Shown here: one piece after another, positions 1 through 10,200 of the stretch
Position numbering within the stretch: position 1 is the stretch's first letter
Layout: every line of letters starts with the position of its first letter
NCBI GenBank assembly: GCA_963814265.1
Contig: CAWFCJ010000043.1
Location: 32,338-96,337 of the forward strand
DNA: 64,000 nucleotides
Reading direction: 5' to 3'
Source: Sedimentisphaerales bacterium
Lineage (GTDB): Bacteria > Planctomycetota > Phycisphaerae > Sedimentisphaerales > Anaerobacaceae
The notes under the pieces: generated by a model
The model's database searches: none
Seen by the model: only the letters and a program-made list of their open reading frames with translations
Told to the model about the DNA's origin: nothing
Program-made: the position numbers and the translations under genes

Positions 1-54
1 CTGGGGGTTGAAGTAATAGACGAGAAACAATTTCAGGAAATGATAAAAGATTAG
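1..54 (+). CDS. 3' end of a gene entering from upstream (partial); BRCT-like tail, possibly NAD-dependent DNA ligase
   Basis: Frame-1 reading is open from the window edge to TAG at 52-54. The tail LGVEVIDEKQFQEMIKD resembles the C-terminal BRCT end of LigA-type proteins. It is too short to be sure. Confidence 0.2.
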   Translation: MGVEVIDEKQFQEMIKD

Positions 55-85
55 TTACACCCGCAACGACCTTACAAAACGAAGA

Positions 86-646
86 ATGATAATGAGCAAG
101 AAAATCATTGCTATTGTTGGCAGCTATCGCAAGGGCAGAATCATTGATAGCGCTGTCTCCGCAGTCCTGCAAGGCGCACAGGCCAAAGGAGCTAAGACAG
201 AAAAGATATACCTTGTCGACAAGCATATTGAGTTTTGCGACAACTGCAGAAAATGCACTCAAAAGAACGTTGATGGGCCAAGAACCAAGTGCGTGCACAA
301 TGACGATATGGAGCACATACTTGATGAAATTGATATCGCCGATGGGGTTGTGCTTGGAGCACCTATAAACTTCTTTACTGTCACCGCTATTATGAAGAGG
401 TTTATTGAAAGGCTCTTGCCATATTGTTATTGGCCGTGGGGCAAGCTAACACCGAGGCATCGAATAAAACAACTAAATAAAGAAGCGGTTATTGTTACCT
501 CAAGCGGCTGTCCTGCGTGGCTTGGCAGGATCATCTTTCGGGGTGCACAAAGTATCTTGAAAGAAGCGGCGAGGTGTTTAGGGGCAAAGGTAGTGAAATC
601 GCTTTACTTTGGAACAACGTTTGCCAAAAGGAAAACCAGAAGCTAA
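86..646 (+). CDS. NAD(P)H-dependent FMN reductase / iron-sulfur flavoprotein-like (flavodoxin fold)
   Basis: 186-aa ORF. It has KIIAIVGSYRKG at the N-terminus, a CDNCRKC cysteine motif and DDM..ADGVVLGAPINF, typical of the FMN_red/Isf family. The start could be 86 or 92. Confidence 0.7.
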   Translation: MIMSKKIIAIVGSYRKGRIIDSAVSAVLQGAQAKGAKTEKIYLVDKHIEFCDNCRKCTQKNVDGPRTKCVHNDDMEHILDEIDIADGVVLGAPINFFTVTAIMKRFIERLLPYCYWPWGKLTPRHRIKQLNKEAVIVTSSGCPAWLGRIIFRGAQSILKEAARCLGAKVVKSLYFGTTFAKRKTRS

Positions 647-698
647 GTGAAAAGGCCGTACTTACAGCACGTAAGGCAGGAGAGAAACTCGTGTCTTA

Positions 699-1847
699 AT
701 GAGTAGTCAGGATGTGAAATTCATGCAGGCCGCGCTGAGGTTGGCGCGGCGCGGCATAGGCTCGGTTGAGCCTAATCCGGCGGTTGGTTGTATCATCGTA
801 AAGGAAGGCCGGATTATCGGCAAAGGCTGGCATAAGAAATTCGGCGGCCCCCACGCGGAGATAAACGCCCTGCAGGACTGCAAAACGCTCGGCATCAATC
901 CGCGGGGAGCGACGATGTATGTCACCCTTAAGCCGTGCTGTCACTATGGGCAAAACCCCGCCCTGCACCGAGGCGATAATCGCCGCCGGGTATGGCAAAG
1001 GTATTGGTGGCGACAATTGACCCATCGCAGCACGCCAACGGCAAAGGCATCAAGCAACTGCGTAACGCAGGAATCCAGGTGCAGACCGGCGTTTGCGAAG
1101 CCGAGGCAAGACTGCTCAACGCACCTTTTATCAAGTTTGCTTCCACAGGCAAGTGCTGGGTGATATTGAAATGGGCACAGAGCATCGACGGCAAAGTCGC
1201 TTATGTCGCTAACGCGGCCAGCGAGCGATGGATTTCCAACGAGCTAAGCAGAAAAGACGTGCAGCGGTTGCGCCGGCGGGTGCAGGGCGATACTGGTGGG
1301 CATAAATACGGTAATCGCCGATGACCCGCTGCTATCCCCCCGTCCGAGCAAAGGCAAAAAACCAACCAGAATCGTGCTGGACACACATCTGAGAATGCCT
1401 CTGACTTGCCGGTTGTTAAGCACCGCAAGGAAAGTGCCCGTTTTGGTCATAACCAGCGAGGCAGCAGACAAGGCGAATTTGGAAAAGGCAGATAAGATAG
1501 CACAACAAGGCGCTGAAATATTGCCCGTTCCAGCCTGTGAAGGTCGATGCGACATAGAGTTTCTGCTCGAAGAACTCGCCAAACGCGGGGTTGCTCAGCT
1601 ACTTGTCGAAGGCGGCCCAACAGTTTTAACGTCATTTTTGAGACGGCGGCTTGCCGACGAAATCTGCATTTACATCACGCCGAAGATATTAGGTTCGCAA
1701 GGCAGCCTCGGCATCTCCGAGCCAATGGCCCAATTGGGCGCAGCAACCAGCCTTCATTACATTGACGTTAAGCGTTTTGGCGATGATATCCGCCTGAGCG
1801 GCTTGACCGAAGAGAGCCTTCGCCGGATTTCAACTGCCCGGCGTTAA
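699..1847 (+). CDS. ribD: Riboflavin biosynthesis protein RibD (pyrimidine deaminase + reductase); frame broken three times as sequenced
   Basis: Deaminase motifs HAEINAL and KPCCHYG are followed by the reductase part (ILKWAQSIDGK, LLVEGGPTVLTSF). The protein continues across track ORFs 699-, 992- and 1296-. Deleting one G from each GGG run (948-950, 988-990, 1285-1287) restores a single frame. Confidence 0.85.
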
Positions 1848-1882
1848 ATGCAGAATATATTTTGACAAAAAAAAGAAAATAC

Positions 1883-1910
1883 TTGTCTGTGCAGCTAAAA
1901 GCCCTATAAT
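1883..1910 (+). promoter_or_regulatory. Sigma70-like promoter for the RRM gene
   Basis: TTGTCT (1883-1888), a 16-nt spacer, then consensus TATAAT (1905-1910), about 70 nt upstream of the ATG at 1981. Confidence 0.45.
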
Positions 1911-1980
1911 CGCCTCTGTGCTAATCGGAATTCCGATGCCGGTTTTTAAGGTAGCCCGAAGATTAGAAAGGAAAACAAGA

Positions 1981-2298
1981 ATGAACATTTATGCAGGGAA
2001 TTTGTCTCGCGACGTAACCGAAGACGACCTGCGCCAGGCGTTTGAGGCCTTTGGCCAGGTCGAATCTGTCACAATCATAAAAGACCGATTTACCGGCGAA
2101 GCGAGAGGCTTCGGATTCATTGAGATGCCTTCTAAGGACGAGGCCCAGACTGCGATTAGCCAGATGAATGGCAAGAACTTGAGGGGGCAGGCGATCAAAG
2201 TTAGTGAGGCTCAGGCTCGTAAGGAAGACCATCGAGGAGGTGAGGGTAGGCCAGAACAAGGCGGCGGCGGTGGCGGCGGTGGCAGACGGCGATTCTAA
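1981..2298 (+). CDS. RRM-type RNA-binding protein with a Gly/Arg-rich tail
   Basis: MNIYAGNLS (RNP2) and RGFGFIEM (RNP1) motifs, with a C-terminal GGGGGGGGRRRF. The internal ATG at 1981 is preferred over the track start at 1918. Confidence 0.85.
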   Translation: MNIYAGNLSRDVTEDDLRQAFEAFGQVESVTIIKDRFTGEARGFGFIEMPSKDEAQTAISQMNGKNLRGQAIKVSEAQARKEDHRGGEGRPEQGGGGGGGGRRRF

Positions 2299-2690
2299 AT
2301 GCCGAGTAAGCACCATCGGCAGTGGAAAATCAAAATTCTGGAAGCCCGGCTCGCCGGGGGCGTGAACTCTTTTTTGCAGAAGGAAGCCTTTTCGCGGCTT
2401 TGCCGGACCGCGCTTACCCAGTCACGCAATCTCAAGCTGTGTAACTAATTTCTGTCGCATTGCGTAACAGTATTCTGGGGGGTTACAGGCCAGTGCGTTA
2501 GACGGTTGCGGTTGCGCGGCTCGTCACGGTTGCGCCAAACGTAAAGCATTGTTAATCCGCCGTACGTCTGGCGGACTGATGACGTAACCGTCAGACATCA
2601 GTGCCAAACGAGCAGCGCAACCGCCAGACGAAAGTTCGGGTCTGCCACAAAATCTGGTCACATATATCTGAAGTGTGCGGAAAATTATCC

Positions 2691-2719
2691 TTGACTTGCA
2701 GCTTCGCAGGGGGTATATT
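2691..2719 (+). promoter_or_regulatory. Sigma70-like promoter
   Basis: TTGACT (2691-2696), 17 nt, TATATT (2714-2719), about 50 nt upstream of the ATG at 2768. Confidence 0.5.
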
Positions 2720-2767
2720 CATTGTAGGCTATCTAATTCCGTCTCATGATAAGTAGGAGAAAAGGTC

Positions 2768-3574
2768 ATGAAAAATCCTACAAGATTTATCCGGCACGCG
2801 CACGGGGGATTTACGCTAATAGAGCTTCTGGTGGTTATCGCTATCATTGCATTGCTGATGGCGATAATGATGCCGGCACTGCAGAGGGTCAAAGAGCAGG
2901 CCAGGAATTCGATTTGCAGGTCCAACCTCAAACAGTACGGGCTGGCGGCCAGGATGTATGTGGACGATTATGACGGCTCCCTTCCTTATTCGTTTTCCTG
3001 GCTGTACCAGGATGGCGGTGGAGGCTGCCGATGGCATGACGCCAGCAAGAATCTCGACTCACACCCCGCGCTGGGCGGGTGCCTGTGGTCATATCTGAAG
3101 GATCAAGACATCCACCTTTGTCCTACGTTCAATCTTGTTGTCAAGCAGATGGGCTGCTACCGTTGCAAGGGTTCGCCAATTCCCATACAACCTCAGTATG
3201 GTTACGGTATGAATTCGTACCTGAACGGCGATGCATGGAATTACGTGCCTACACAATACCATACAGCCATCAAGAGCATCAAGAAAGAGAACAACGTCAA
3301 GAACCCTGCTGGTGTGTTTTTCTTCTCTGAGGAGAATAGCTGGGCTATTTCAGGCCTCAGCGGCGCTGGGATTAATGACAACAATTTGCGTTCCACGCCT
3401 GACTGCAGGACCGATTGCTTCGCCACCTTTCATGGTGCCTCGGGCGGAGACTTCAACCAGGGCTTGGCCAACGCCGTGTTCGTGGATGCGCACATCCAGT
3501 CGGTCTCAGCGTATCCGGCTGGAAACACATTCAAGCTAAGCTGGCCCAGTGGAGGCCCATTGCCCAAGTGGTAA
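2768..3574 (+). CDS. Prepilin-type N-terminal cleavage/methylation domain protein (DUF1559 / H-X9-DG-like pseudopilin family)
   Basis: The N-terminus [25 protein letters not shown] is a type IV pilin-like signal. The C-terminus [19 protein letters not shown] matches the H-X9-DG-type ending common in Planctomycetota. Confidence 0.85.
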   Translation: MKNPTRFIRHAHGGFTLIELLVVIAIIALLMAIMMPALQRVKEQARNSICRSNLKQYGLAARMYVDDYDGSLPYSFSWLYQDGGGGCRWHDASKNLDSHPALGGCLWSYLKDQDIHLCPTFNLVVKQMGCYRCKGSPIPIQPQYGYGMNSYLNGDAWNYVPTQYHTAIKSIKKENNVKNPAGVFFFSEENSWAISGLSGAGINDNNLRSTPDCRTDCFATFHGASGGDFNQGLANAVFVDAHIQSVSAYPAGNTFKLSWPSGGPLPKW

Positions 3575-5214
3575 GATTCACGGTTGCCAATTGCTTGCCG
3601 GCCTTATTATTGCCATTGTTAAGCATCTGGCCGGCGGGAGCAGCGCAAGAATCGTACAACCTTACCTTCTCGACCTACCTGGGGGGCAGCGATTGGGATC
3701 ACGCCCGCGACGTCGTTGCGGATGCCCAGGGCAATATCTACGTGGTCGGCGGCGCCGCTTCTGCGGACTTTCCCACCACGCCCAGGGCTTATCAAAGAGC
3801 GCTGCGTACGGGCGGCTCGCAGGCCTTTGGCCCGTGTGACGTGTTCGTGGCCAAATTCAGCCCCGGCGGTACCCTTATCTGGTCCACTTATGTCGGCGGC
3901 CCAAATTATGACCGCGCTTATGCGGTAGAAGTAGACGGGCAAGGCTATGTCTACGTGGCCGGTCGCGCAGGCCCAGGCTTCCCGGTGAAAAACGCCTTTC
4001 AGCCCGACTTCGACGGCGTGGACAACGGCTCATACGGGATGCAAAATGCCTTCGTTCTCAAGCTTACCCCCGACGGCTCAGACTTGGTCTGGTCAAGCTA
4101 CGTGGGCGTCTCGACGCTATGTCGCGACCTGGCGATTGACCCAAATGAGGACGTCTACGTGCCGGGCGGACGCTGGAATACGACTAAAACGCCGCCGGCA
4201 GCGTGGTTTGCCAACGCCTACTGTAAAACCCCTCCGGGCGGCAAGTCGGATTGCGGCGCAATCAAAATAAAGGGCGATGGTTCAGGCGTATTGTGGGCTA
4301 CCTGGCTGGGCGGGTCCGGTGAGGATGAAAGTGCTGCCTCCATTCGTGTGGGCCGCAATGGATATGTCTATATTGGAGGTTCCACCTTCTCAAGCGACTT
4401 TCCCACCACTGCCGGTGCTTGTGATAGAACATACAACGGCCAGGCTGATTTCTTTGTGGTCTGCCTGACACCGGATGGTTCCAATCTCGTTTACGGCACC
4501 TATCTCGGCGGCCCAGGCAATGAATGGATCAGCACACATAATCTGGCTGTAGATGATCTTGGCAACGCATACGTGGCGATTCCCACTGGCTCACCGACCT
4601 ACCCGACAACTGCGGGAGCGTACCAGAGGACTTTTCGTGGCGGCAATACCGATTGGGCCGTCACGAAGCTCTCGCCGAGCGGCGCTCTTTTGGCAAGCAC
4701 CTTTATCGGCGGTAGCGCCGGCGAAAACGCCGATGGCGTCTACGTGGACGCATCAGGCAATGTGTTCGTCACGGGCGAGACCCAGTCCACTGATTTTCCG
4801 GTCACACCCAATGCCTACCAGTCGAGCAGCCGTGGTTCGAGTGAGGCCGTTCTGGTCAGACTCTCCGCAGACTTCAGCAAACTGCTGTATTCCACATACA
4901 TGGGAGGCGGTGCCAACGACAACGGCCGTTCAGGGTATCTCGGCGCGGACGGCAGCCTGTATTTGACGGGGTCAGCGGACGGCCCCGGTTGGCCTGTCAA
5001 GAACGCACTGCAGAGCACGTTTGCCGGCGGAGGAGGAGACTACGGCAACGGCGATTGCATCCTGGCTAAATTTACGCCCGCCAACTTGATTACAGTAGAT
5101 CCCGGCATCACTTACCAGAGACGAGTCGGGCGACGCCGAGGCGAGCACCTCAGATGGCGCATCGCTACCGTTAAAAGCAGAAGCATTGTCATGCTTGCTG
5201 GTTCCGGAACGTAG
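3568..5214 (+). CDS. Secreted SBBP (beta-propeller) repeat protein
   Basis: About seven repeats of 'YLGGS..D.A..V.VD..GN.YV.G.T.S.DFPTT'. An in-frame GTG at 3568 precedes a signal-like segment [19 protein letters not shown]. The part of the track ORF upstream of 3568 overlaps the preceding gene. The 3' 100 nt overlaps a convergent gene, so the true stop is uncertain. Confidence 0.7.
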   Translation: MVRFTVANCLPALLLPLLSIWPAGAAQESYNLTFSTYLGGSDWDHARDVVADAQGNIYVVGGAASADFPTTPRAYQRALRTGGSQAFGPCDVFVAKFSPGGTLIWSTYVGGPNYDRAYAVEVDGQGYVYVAGRAGPGFPVKNAFQPDFDGVDNGSYGMQNAFVLKLTPDGSDLVWSSYVGVSTLCRDLAIDPNEDVYVPGGRWNTTKTPPAAWFANAYCKTPPGGKSDCGAIKIKGDGSGVLWATWLGGSGEDESAASIRVGRNGYVYIGGSTFSSDFPTTAGACDRTYNGQADFFVVCLTPDGSNLVYGTYLGGPGNEWISTHNLAVDDLGNAYVAIPTGSPTYPTTAGAYQRTFRGGNTDWAVTKLSPSGALLASTFIGGSAGENADGVYVDASGNVFVTGETQSTDFPVTPNAYQSSSRGSSEAVLVRLSADFSKLLYSTYMGGGANDNGRSGYLGADGSLYLTGSADGPGWPVKNALQSTFAGGGGDYGNGDCILAKFTPANLITVDPGITYQRRVGRRRGEHLRWRIATVKSRSIVMLAGSGT

Positions 5215-5957
5215 GTCCAGCTTACCAGCCGCTGCTCGGCCAACCCGGAACCCGTTGCCGCGGTGAAACCGACGTATGCCGTCGGCTGTCCGAGGATCGA
5301 GGATAGGTCAAGCGGACGCGATAGGCTCGGCTCGGCCGGATACACTCCGGTTTGGTTCACCCTAACCTGCAGGGTCGTTCCATCGTAGTCCACCCACCCA
5401 TACCAAAGGCCCACGTCGTCAAACGGGGAAGCCACGTCCGCCGTCCAGGGCGATCCTGCCCCATGGTCGACCGCACCATCGACCAGCATCCCAAGGTGAT
5501 TGGATGATGGGTCGTGGTTAGGCGCATCGGTCACGTTCTGCCAGATGTCGAATTCGACGGCGGCACTTGGCTGAACACCCTTGTACCCAAGTCCATCGCC
5601 GGCAACGCCCAGACTGGCTGGCCCATCAACGCCGGATTGAACCACGAAAGCAAATCCGTCGGCCCCCCGCTGCCCAGCGGTGTCCAACGGACCGATGTTG
5701 GGGGTGCTGATGCTGAACGTGAAAGAACTCCTGAAGGCCGTGACATCGACGGCGTCTTTCCAAAACGCGCTACCTCTCTTTAGCGATGGGTCGCTGGGCG
5801 TCAGACGAAGCACCCAGCCCTCCGTCGTGCTGACCGCCGCGGCCTCTCCGTTCAGTTGCAAGGCCTCCGTGCTGGAGAAATCACTAAATTGGATGATTGC
5901 CGCCCTGCCGCTTGTGCACACCCCCACTAACAACGCCAGAAAGCAAATACGAATCAT
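5112..5957 (-). CDS. Legume-lectin/ConA-like domain protein with a PEP-CTERM sorting signal
   Basis: GGAGGAGG RBS before the ATG at 5957 and the signal peptide MIRICFLALLVGVCTSG. The lectin-like core has GADGFAFVVQ, AVEFDIWQN and SNHLG. The C-terminus [24 protein letters not shown] is a PEP-CTERM motif. Confidence 0.75.
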   Translation of the reverse strand: MIRICFLALLVGVCTSGRAAIIQFSDFSSTEALQLNGEAAAVSTTEGWVLRLTPSDPSLKRGSAFWKDAVDVTAFRSSFTFSISTPNIGPLDTAGQRGADGFAFVVQSGVDGPASLGVAGDGLGYKGVQPSAAVEFDIWQNVTDAPNHDPSSNHLGMLVDGAVDHGAGSPWTADVASPFDDVGLWYGWVDYDGTTLQVRVNQTGVYPAEPSLSRPLDLSSILGQPTAYVGFTAATGSGLAEQRLVSWTYVPEPASMTMLLLLTVAMRHLRCSPRRRPTRLW

Positions 5958-6164
5958 TTCCTCCTCCTTTCCGTGACCTATAAACACTCCTTTTTGAACC
6001 CCACAACACGAATACGTACCTACGCGGGGGCTCACACAACAAACGAATACACCCTTATTATATTATATATACTTGAGCAACACTTTTTGTCAACAAAATT
6101 GTTCTCGAACTTCGGCGTTTTTAACAAATAGACGACGGGTAAAACTGGATGCCAACGGGTTCTG

Positions 6165-7018
6165 TCAGTACTCTTTGAAGGTTCTCATCCACTCGGGCCA
6201 GTCGCTGGGTCTACAGCCGCCGCCGACCGTCCAGGGGCCGTTTACGTTAAACTGTCGGTGCCACTTGAGCTTCCAAAGCTGCTTAACTCCGACCTTCCTG
6301 ACAGACCTGTCGAAAAAGACATGATTCACGGTCCCACTGCCGTGCCGGTCGATGCAGAAGTGCATCATTTCCCTGCCGGCGTTTATCCATTGGCCGTTGG
6401 ATTGCGGCGGGTCGCCAGGCGTACCATTCTCAGACGGCCCGCCTCCTCTCCACATAGTATCGGCAAACAGCGGTATATTGTCTGCGCCTCTGACATGAAT
6501 AGTCCGCCAGTTCCACTTGGTCGGGCGACCTTGAATCTCCGTGATCTCCGCAGACGGATGATAAATCCAGTCGTTTGCCCCATAGCTGGCTTCCTCACGC
6601 CGGTCACCTGTCCCACCCGGGCCCATAACGTAGGTGTTAAAGGGACCGCCGTTGTCGTCTCCGCTGGCCAAGCGCTTGGTGGCCATTGGGCACCTGAGAA
6701 TCTCCGACCTTGTCTCATAGAGCGGCCGCAGCGCCAGTACCCATTCCCCGCGTCTCCAGTTAACGCTGCCAGACGTACCGAAATAGCCGTCATTGTCGTC
6801 GCAATACATTGACCATATCACGCCCCACTGCTTCAGCAGGGCTTGGCAGGCAACGGTTCTTGCCTGTTTCTTTGCCAGGTTCAGACTCGGCAGCAATATG
6901 GCCATCAGAAGTGCGATGATCGCTATTACAACGAGAAGCTCTATCAACGTAAATCCGCCACTCGCCCGCCGCCAGTTTGGGGGTAAATCTGGCGGATAAA
7001 TGCCTTTTCCTTGCCCAT
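6165..7018 (-). CDS. Prepilin-type N-terminal cleavage/methylation domain protein (DUF1559-like); one homopolymer frameshift near the 5' end
   Basis: ATG at 7018 with GGAGG 7 nt upstream gives MGKEKAFIRQIY. Adding one base to the G5 run (plus strand, 6979-6983) joins it to ..[32 protein letters not shown] in the track ORF 6165-6947. Confidence 0.8.
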
Positions 7019-7126
7019 AACTTCGCCTCCTATACGTACCGGTACTCCGCCTGAGCTAACACCAGTATACTCTATGCGGAATTGTCCTACAAGGTGAAAC
7101 TTGGCCGATTGCTATACAAAGTTTTC

Positions 7127-7156
7127 TTGACGGACAAGCGGCTGATTTGGTATAAA
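7127..7156 (+). promoter_or_regulatory. Sigma70-like promoter with an extended -10
   Basis: TTGACG (7127-7132), 18 nt, TGgTATAAA (-10 at 7151-7156), about 65 nt upstream of the ATG at 7222. Confidence 0.5.
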
Positions 7157-7221
7157 GAAGGTAAATGTGCGGTGCAGGTATTCAAGAGTTTTAGCATCAA
7201 CCTTTTTGAGGGAGGAATACT

Positions 7222-10200
7222 ATGTGTAGAAGACTAACTTACTCAATTTGTATCGCTCTGGTGCTGGGCCTGGTCGGTAACGCCAACGGGCAGCTCGGTA
7301 AAGGCAAGATCCTGTTCGAGTGGTTCGAGGGCACCACGGGCGGCAACATAGACCAGCTCGTGGACGGCAGGAATCCAAACTATCCGAACAACCCCACGAC
7401 ATACGAATGGCGGAGCAGTTTCCTGGGGCCGGTCAACCGAAGCGACAATTTCGGCACGCGCGTCCGGGGTTACCTTTACCCCCCTGCCGACGGCGATTAC
7501 ACATTCTGGATCTATAGTGACGACCACAGCCGGCTCTGGCTGAGCACCAACGATGATCCGGCGAACAAGAAGCTGATCTGCGAAGTGATCGGCAATACCG
7601 CTGTGAACGAGTGGACCAAGTATCCTGAGCAAAAGTCCACTGCCGTCACGCTGAAGGCCGGCCAGAGGTACTACATCGAGGCGCTGCACAGGGACGGCAC
7701 GGGCGGCGACAACCTCGGCGTCGGATGGGGAGGGCCAACCATCGGAGCAGGTCCTGTGATCATCGACGGGGCATATCTGGCAGCGTATTTGAGAGCCGTC
7801 GATTTTATGGCCGGCAATCCCGATCCAACGGACGGCGACAAGGACGTGACCTCACCGCTGGTCCAGTGGACGGCGGGACTGACCGCAAGTTTGCACGATG
7901 TGTACTTCGGCACTAATCCGACGCCGGGACTGGCTGAGTTCAAAGGCCGACAGAATTTTCTAGTGTACTTCCATACACCCGGCCTTATGTCGGGCACTAC
8001 CTACTACTGGCGGGTCGATGAGGTTGAAGCCGATGGCACTACGATATACACGGGCAAGGTCTGGAGCTTTACGGTTCCCGTCCTGGCTGCCCATGACTCC
8101 AGCCCGGCTGACGGTGTCGCATACGTGTATACAGATGTGGACCTGACTTGGGGTGCAGGTTTCAGTGCAATCTTTCACGATGTGTACTTCGGCACTAACA
8201 CGAGCGATGTCACTACCGGCGCCGCCGGCACGTTCAAAATCAAACAGACAGGTACAACCTACGATCCTGGAGCCCTTACGCCGGACACTACTTATTACTG
8301 GCGGATCGATGAGGTCGAGGCCGACAACACTACCAAGTACCCAGGCCAGGTCTGGAGTTTCAGAACAAGACCCGTTATGACGGTTAGCGATCCGAATCTT
8401 GTCGCTTGGTGGAAACTCGATGATGTGGGCAGCGGTAATGTGATTGATTATTCGGGCTATAATCGTGACGGCACAATCTATGGAAACCCGCTGTGGGTGG
8501 CCGGGTATGACGGCGGCGCGATGTCGTTTGCCGGCAGCGCCGATTACGTAAGCATAGTCGGCTACAAGGGCGTCCTGCGAATCTCGGCAGACCTGCAGCA
8601 TGCTTTTACCTGCACGGCCTGGGTCAGAACGAACGGCAATGGTGAGATTATGGGCTGGGGCCAGCCTTCCGGACGGCAGAGAGTGGAATTCCGCGTGGAC
8701 GGCAACCGCCTGCGCGTGGAGCACGGCAGCGGCGATATAAGAGGCGACACCCCCCTGAACGACAGTCAGTGGCACCACGTTGCGGCGGTTGTTCCAAGGG
8801 GTGCGGCGATCAGAAACGTTTTGCTCTACATAGACGGGCGACCGGACCCCATGCGAACCACGAGCACTCCGGATAACCTATTCAACATCACATCCAACTA
8901 TGATGTCACATTAGGCCGTCGCTACAACGCCGCCGAAAGGTGGTTCACCGGTCTGATTGACGATGCACGCATCTACGACAAGGCGCTGACACAGGCTGAG
9001 ATTCAGCAGATTATGATTAGGCCCGACCCCTTACTTGCCTGGAAGCCGAGCCCACCTAACGGGCTGCCGGCGGATGTCGAGCACGCCACGCCCCTTAGCT
9101 GGTCGCCCGGAGATGGTGCGGTTCAGCACGATGTGTACTTCGGCACCGATCAAGCCGCTGTTACCGCCGCCGATAAATCCGACACGACCGGCATATATCG
9201 AGTCCAGCAGACTGGGACCAGCTATACGCCCGGCGAAGCGCTCCAAGAGGGTCAGACGTACTACTGGCGGATTGATGAGTGCAAGGCCGACGCCACAATT
9301 AGTAAAGGCAGAACCTGGAGCTTCACGCTGGCCGACTATCTTATCGTGGACGACTTTGAGGCCTACACCGACGATGTCGGCAGCAGGATATTCCAGACCT
9401 GGCTGGACGGCTGGGGATTCAGCCAGCCGGCGCCCGGCTATCCCGGCAACGGAACCGGCTCGGCTGTAGGTTACAGTCAGGCTCCTTTTGCCGAGCAAAC
9501 GACCATTCGGAGCGGCAGGCAGTCGATGCCCCTTCAATATGTCAACGATGGCTCGACCGGCAAAACTCGCTATTCAGAGACAGAACGCTCCTGGGCTGTG
9601 CCACAGGATTGGACCAGAAAAGACGTTAAGGCGCTCACGCTGTGGTTTAGAGGCCTGACACAGTCGTATGGCAGCTTCGGCTATGACCCAGCGACAGGTC
9701 TTTATACGATAACTGCCCGCGGCACGGACATCTGGAATAACAAAAGGGCCAGGGAGTGGGGCCTGCACGATGAGTTCCACTATGTTTATAAGCGACTTTC
9801 CGGTGCCGGCACTATCGTAGTAAAGGCGCTGCGGGTCACGAACTCCAACGCCTGGGCAAAAGCGGGCGTTATGATTCGCCAGACGCTGGATGCCAACTCA
9901 GTGCACGCGATGATGGCTATTACCCCCGGTCAAGGCGTTGCCTTCCAGTACCGCGCTACTGCGGGTCTGGACAGCACGACGAATTTGCAGCAGACCGGAA
10001 TCGTCACACCACAGTGGCTCAAATTAGATCGCAGCGCTGCCGGCGACTTCACGGCCTATTATTCCGCCGACGGCAGCACGTGGACACAATTGGGTACGGC
10101 TATTAACATCGTCATGCAGGGCGATGTATATGTAGGGCTGGCCCTGACCAGTCACGCTGCCGGTACAACCTGTGCAGCCGAATTCTCCGATGTGACTCCT

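Noticed and set aside
699-1847. Programmed ribosomal frameshifting as the explanation for the split genes.
   Set aside because: The breaks affect unrelated housekeeping genes (ribD, purH, deoC, aroB') that are single-frame everywhere else. They lack slippery heptamers or downstream structures, and where resolved they sit in short homopolymers. Indel error or decay is the simpler reading.
3415-3567. The 5' part of track ORF 3415-5214 as coding.
   Set aside because: It overlaps the 3' end of the pseudopilin-like gene in another frame. The signal peptide and the SBBP repeats begin only after the in-frame GTG at 3568.
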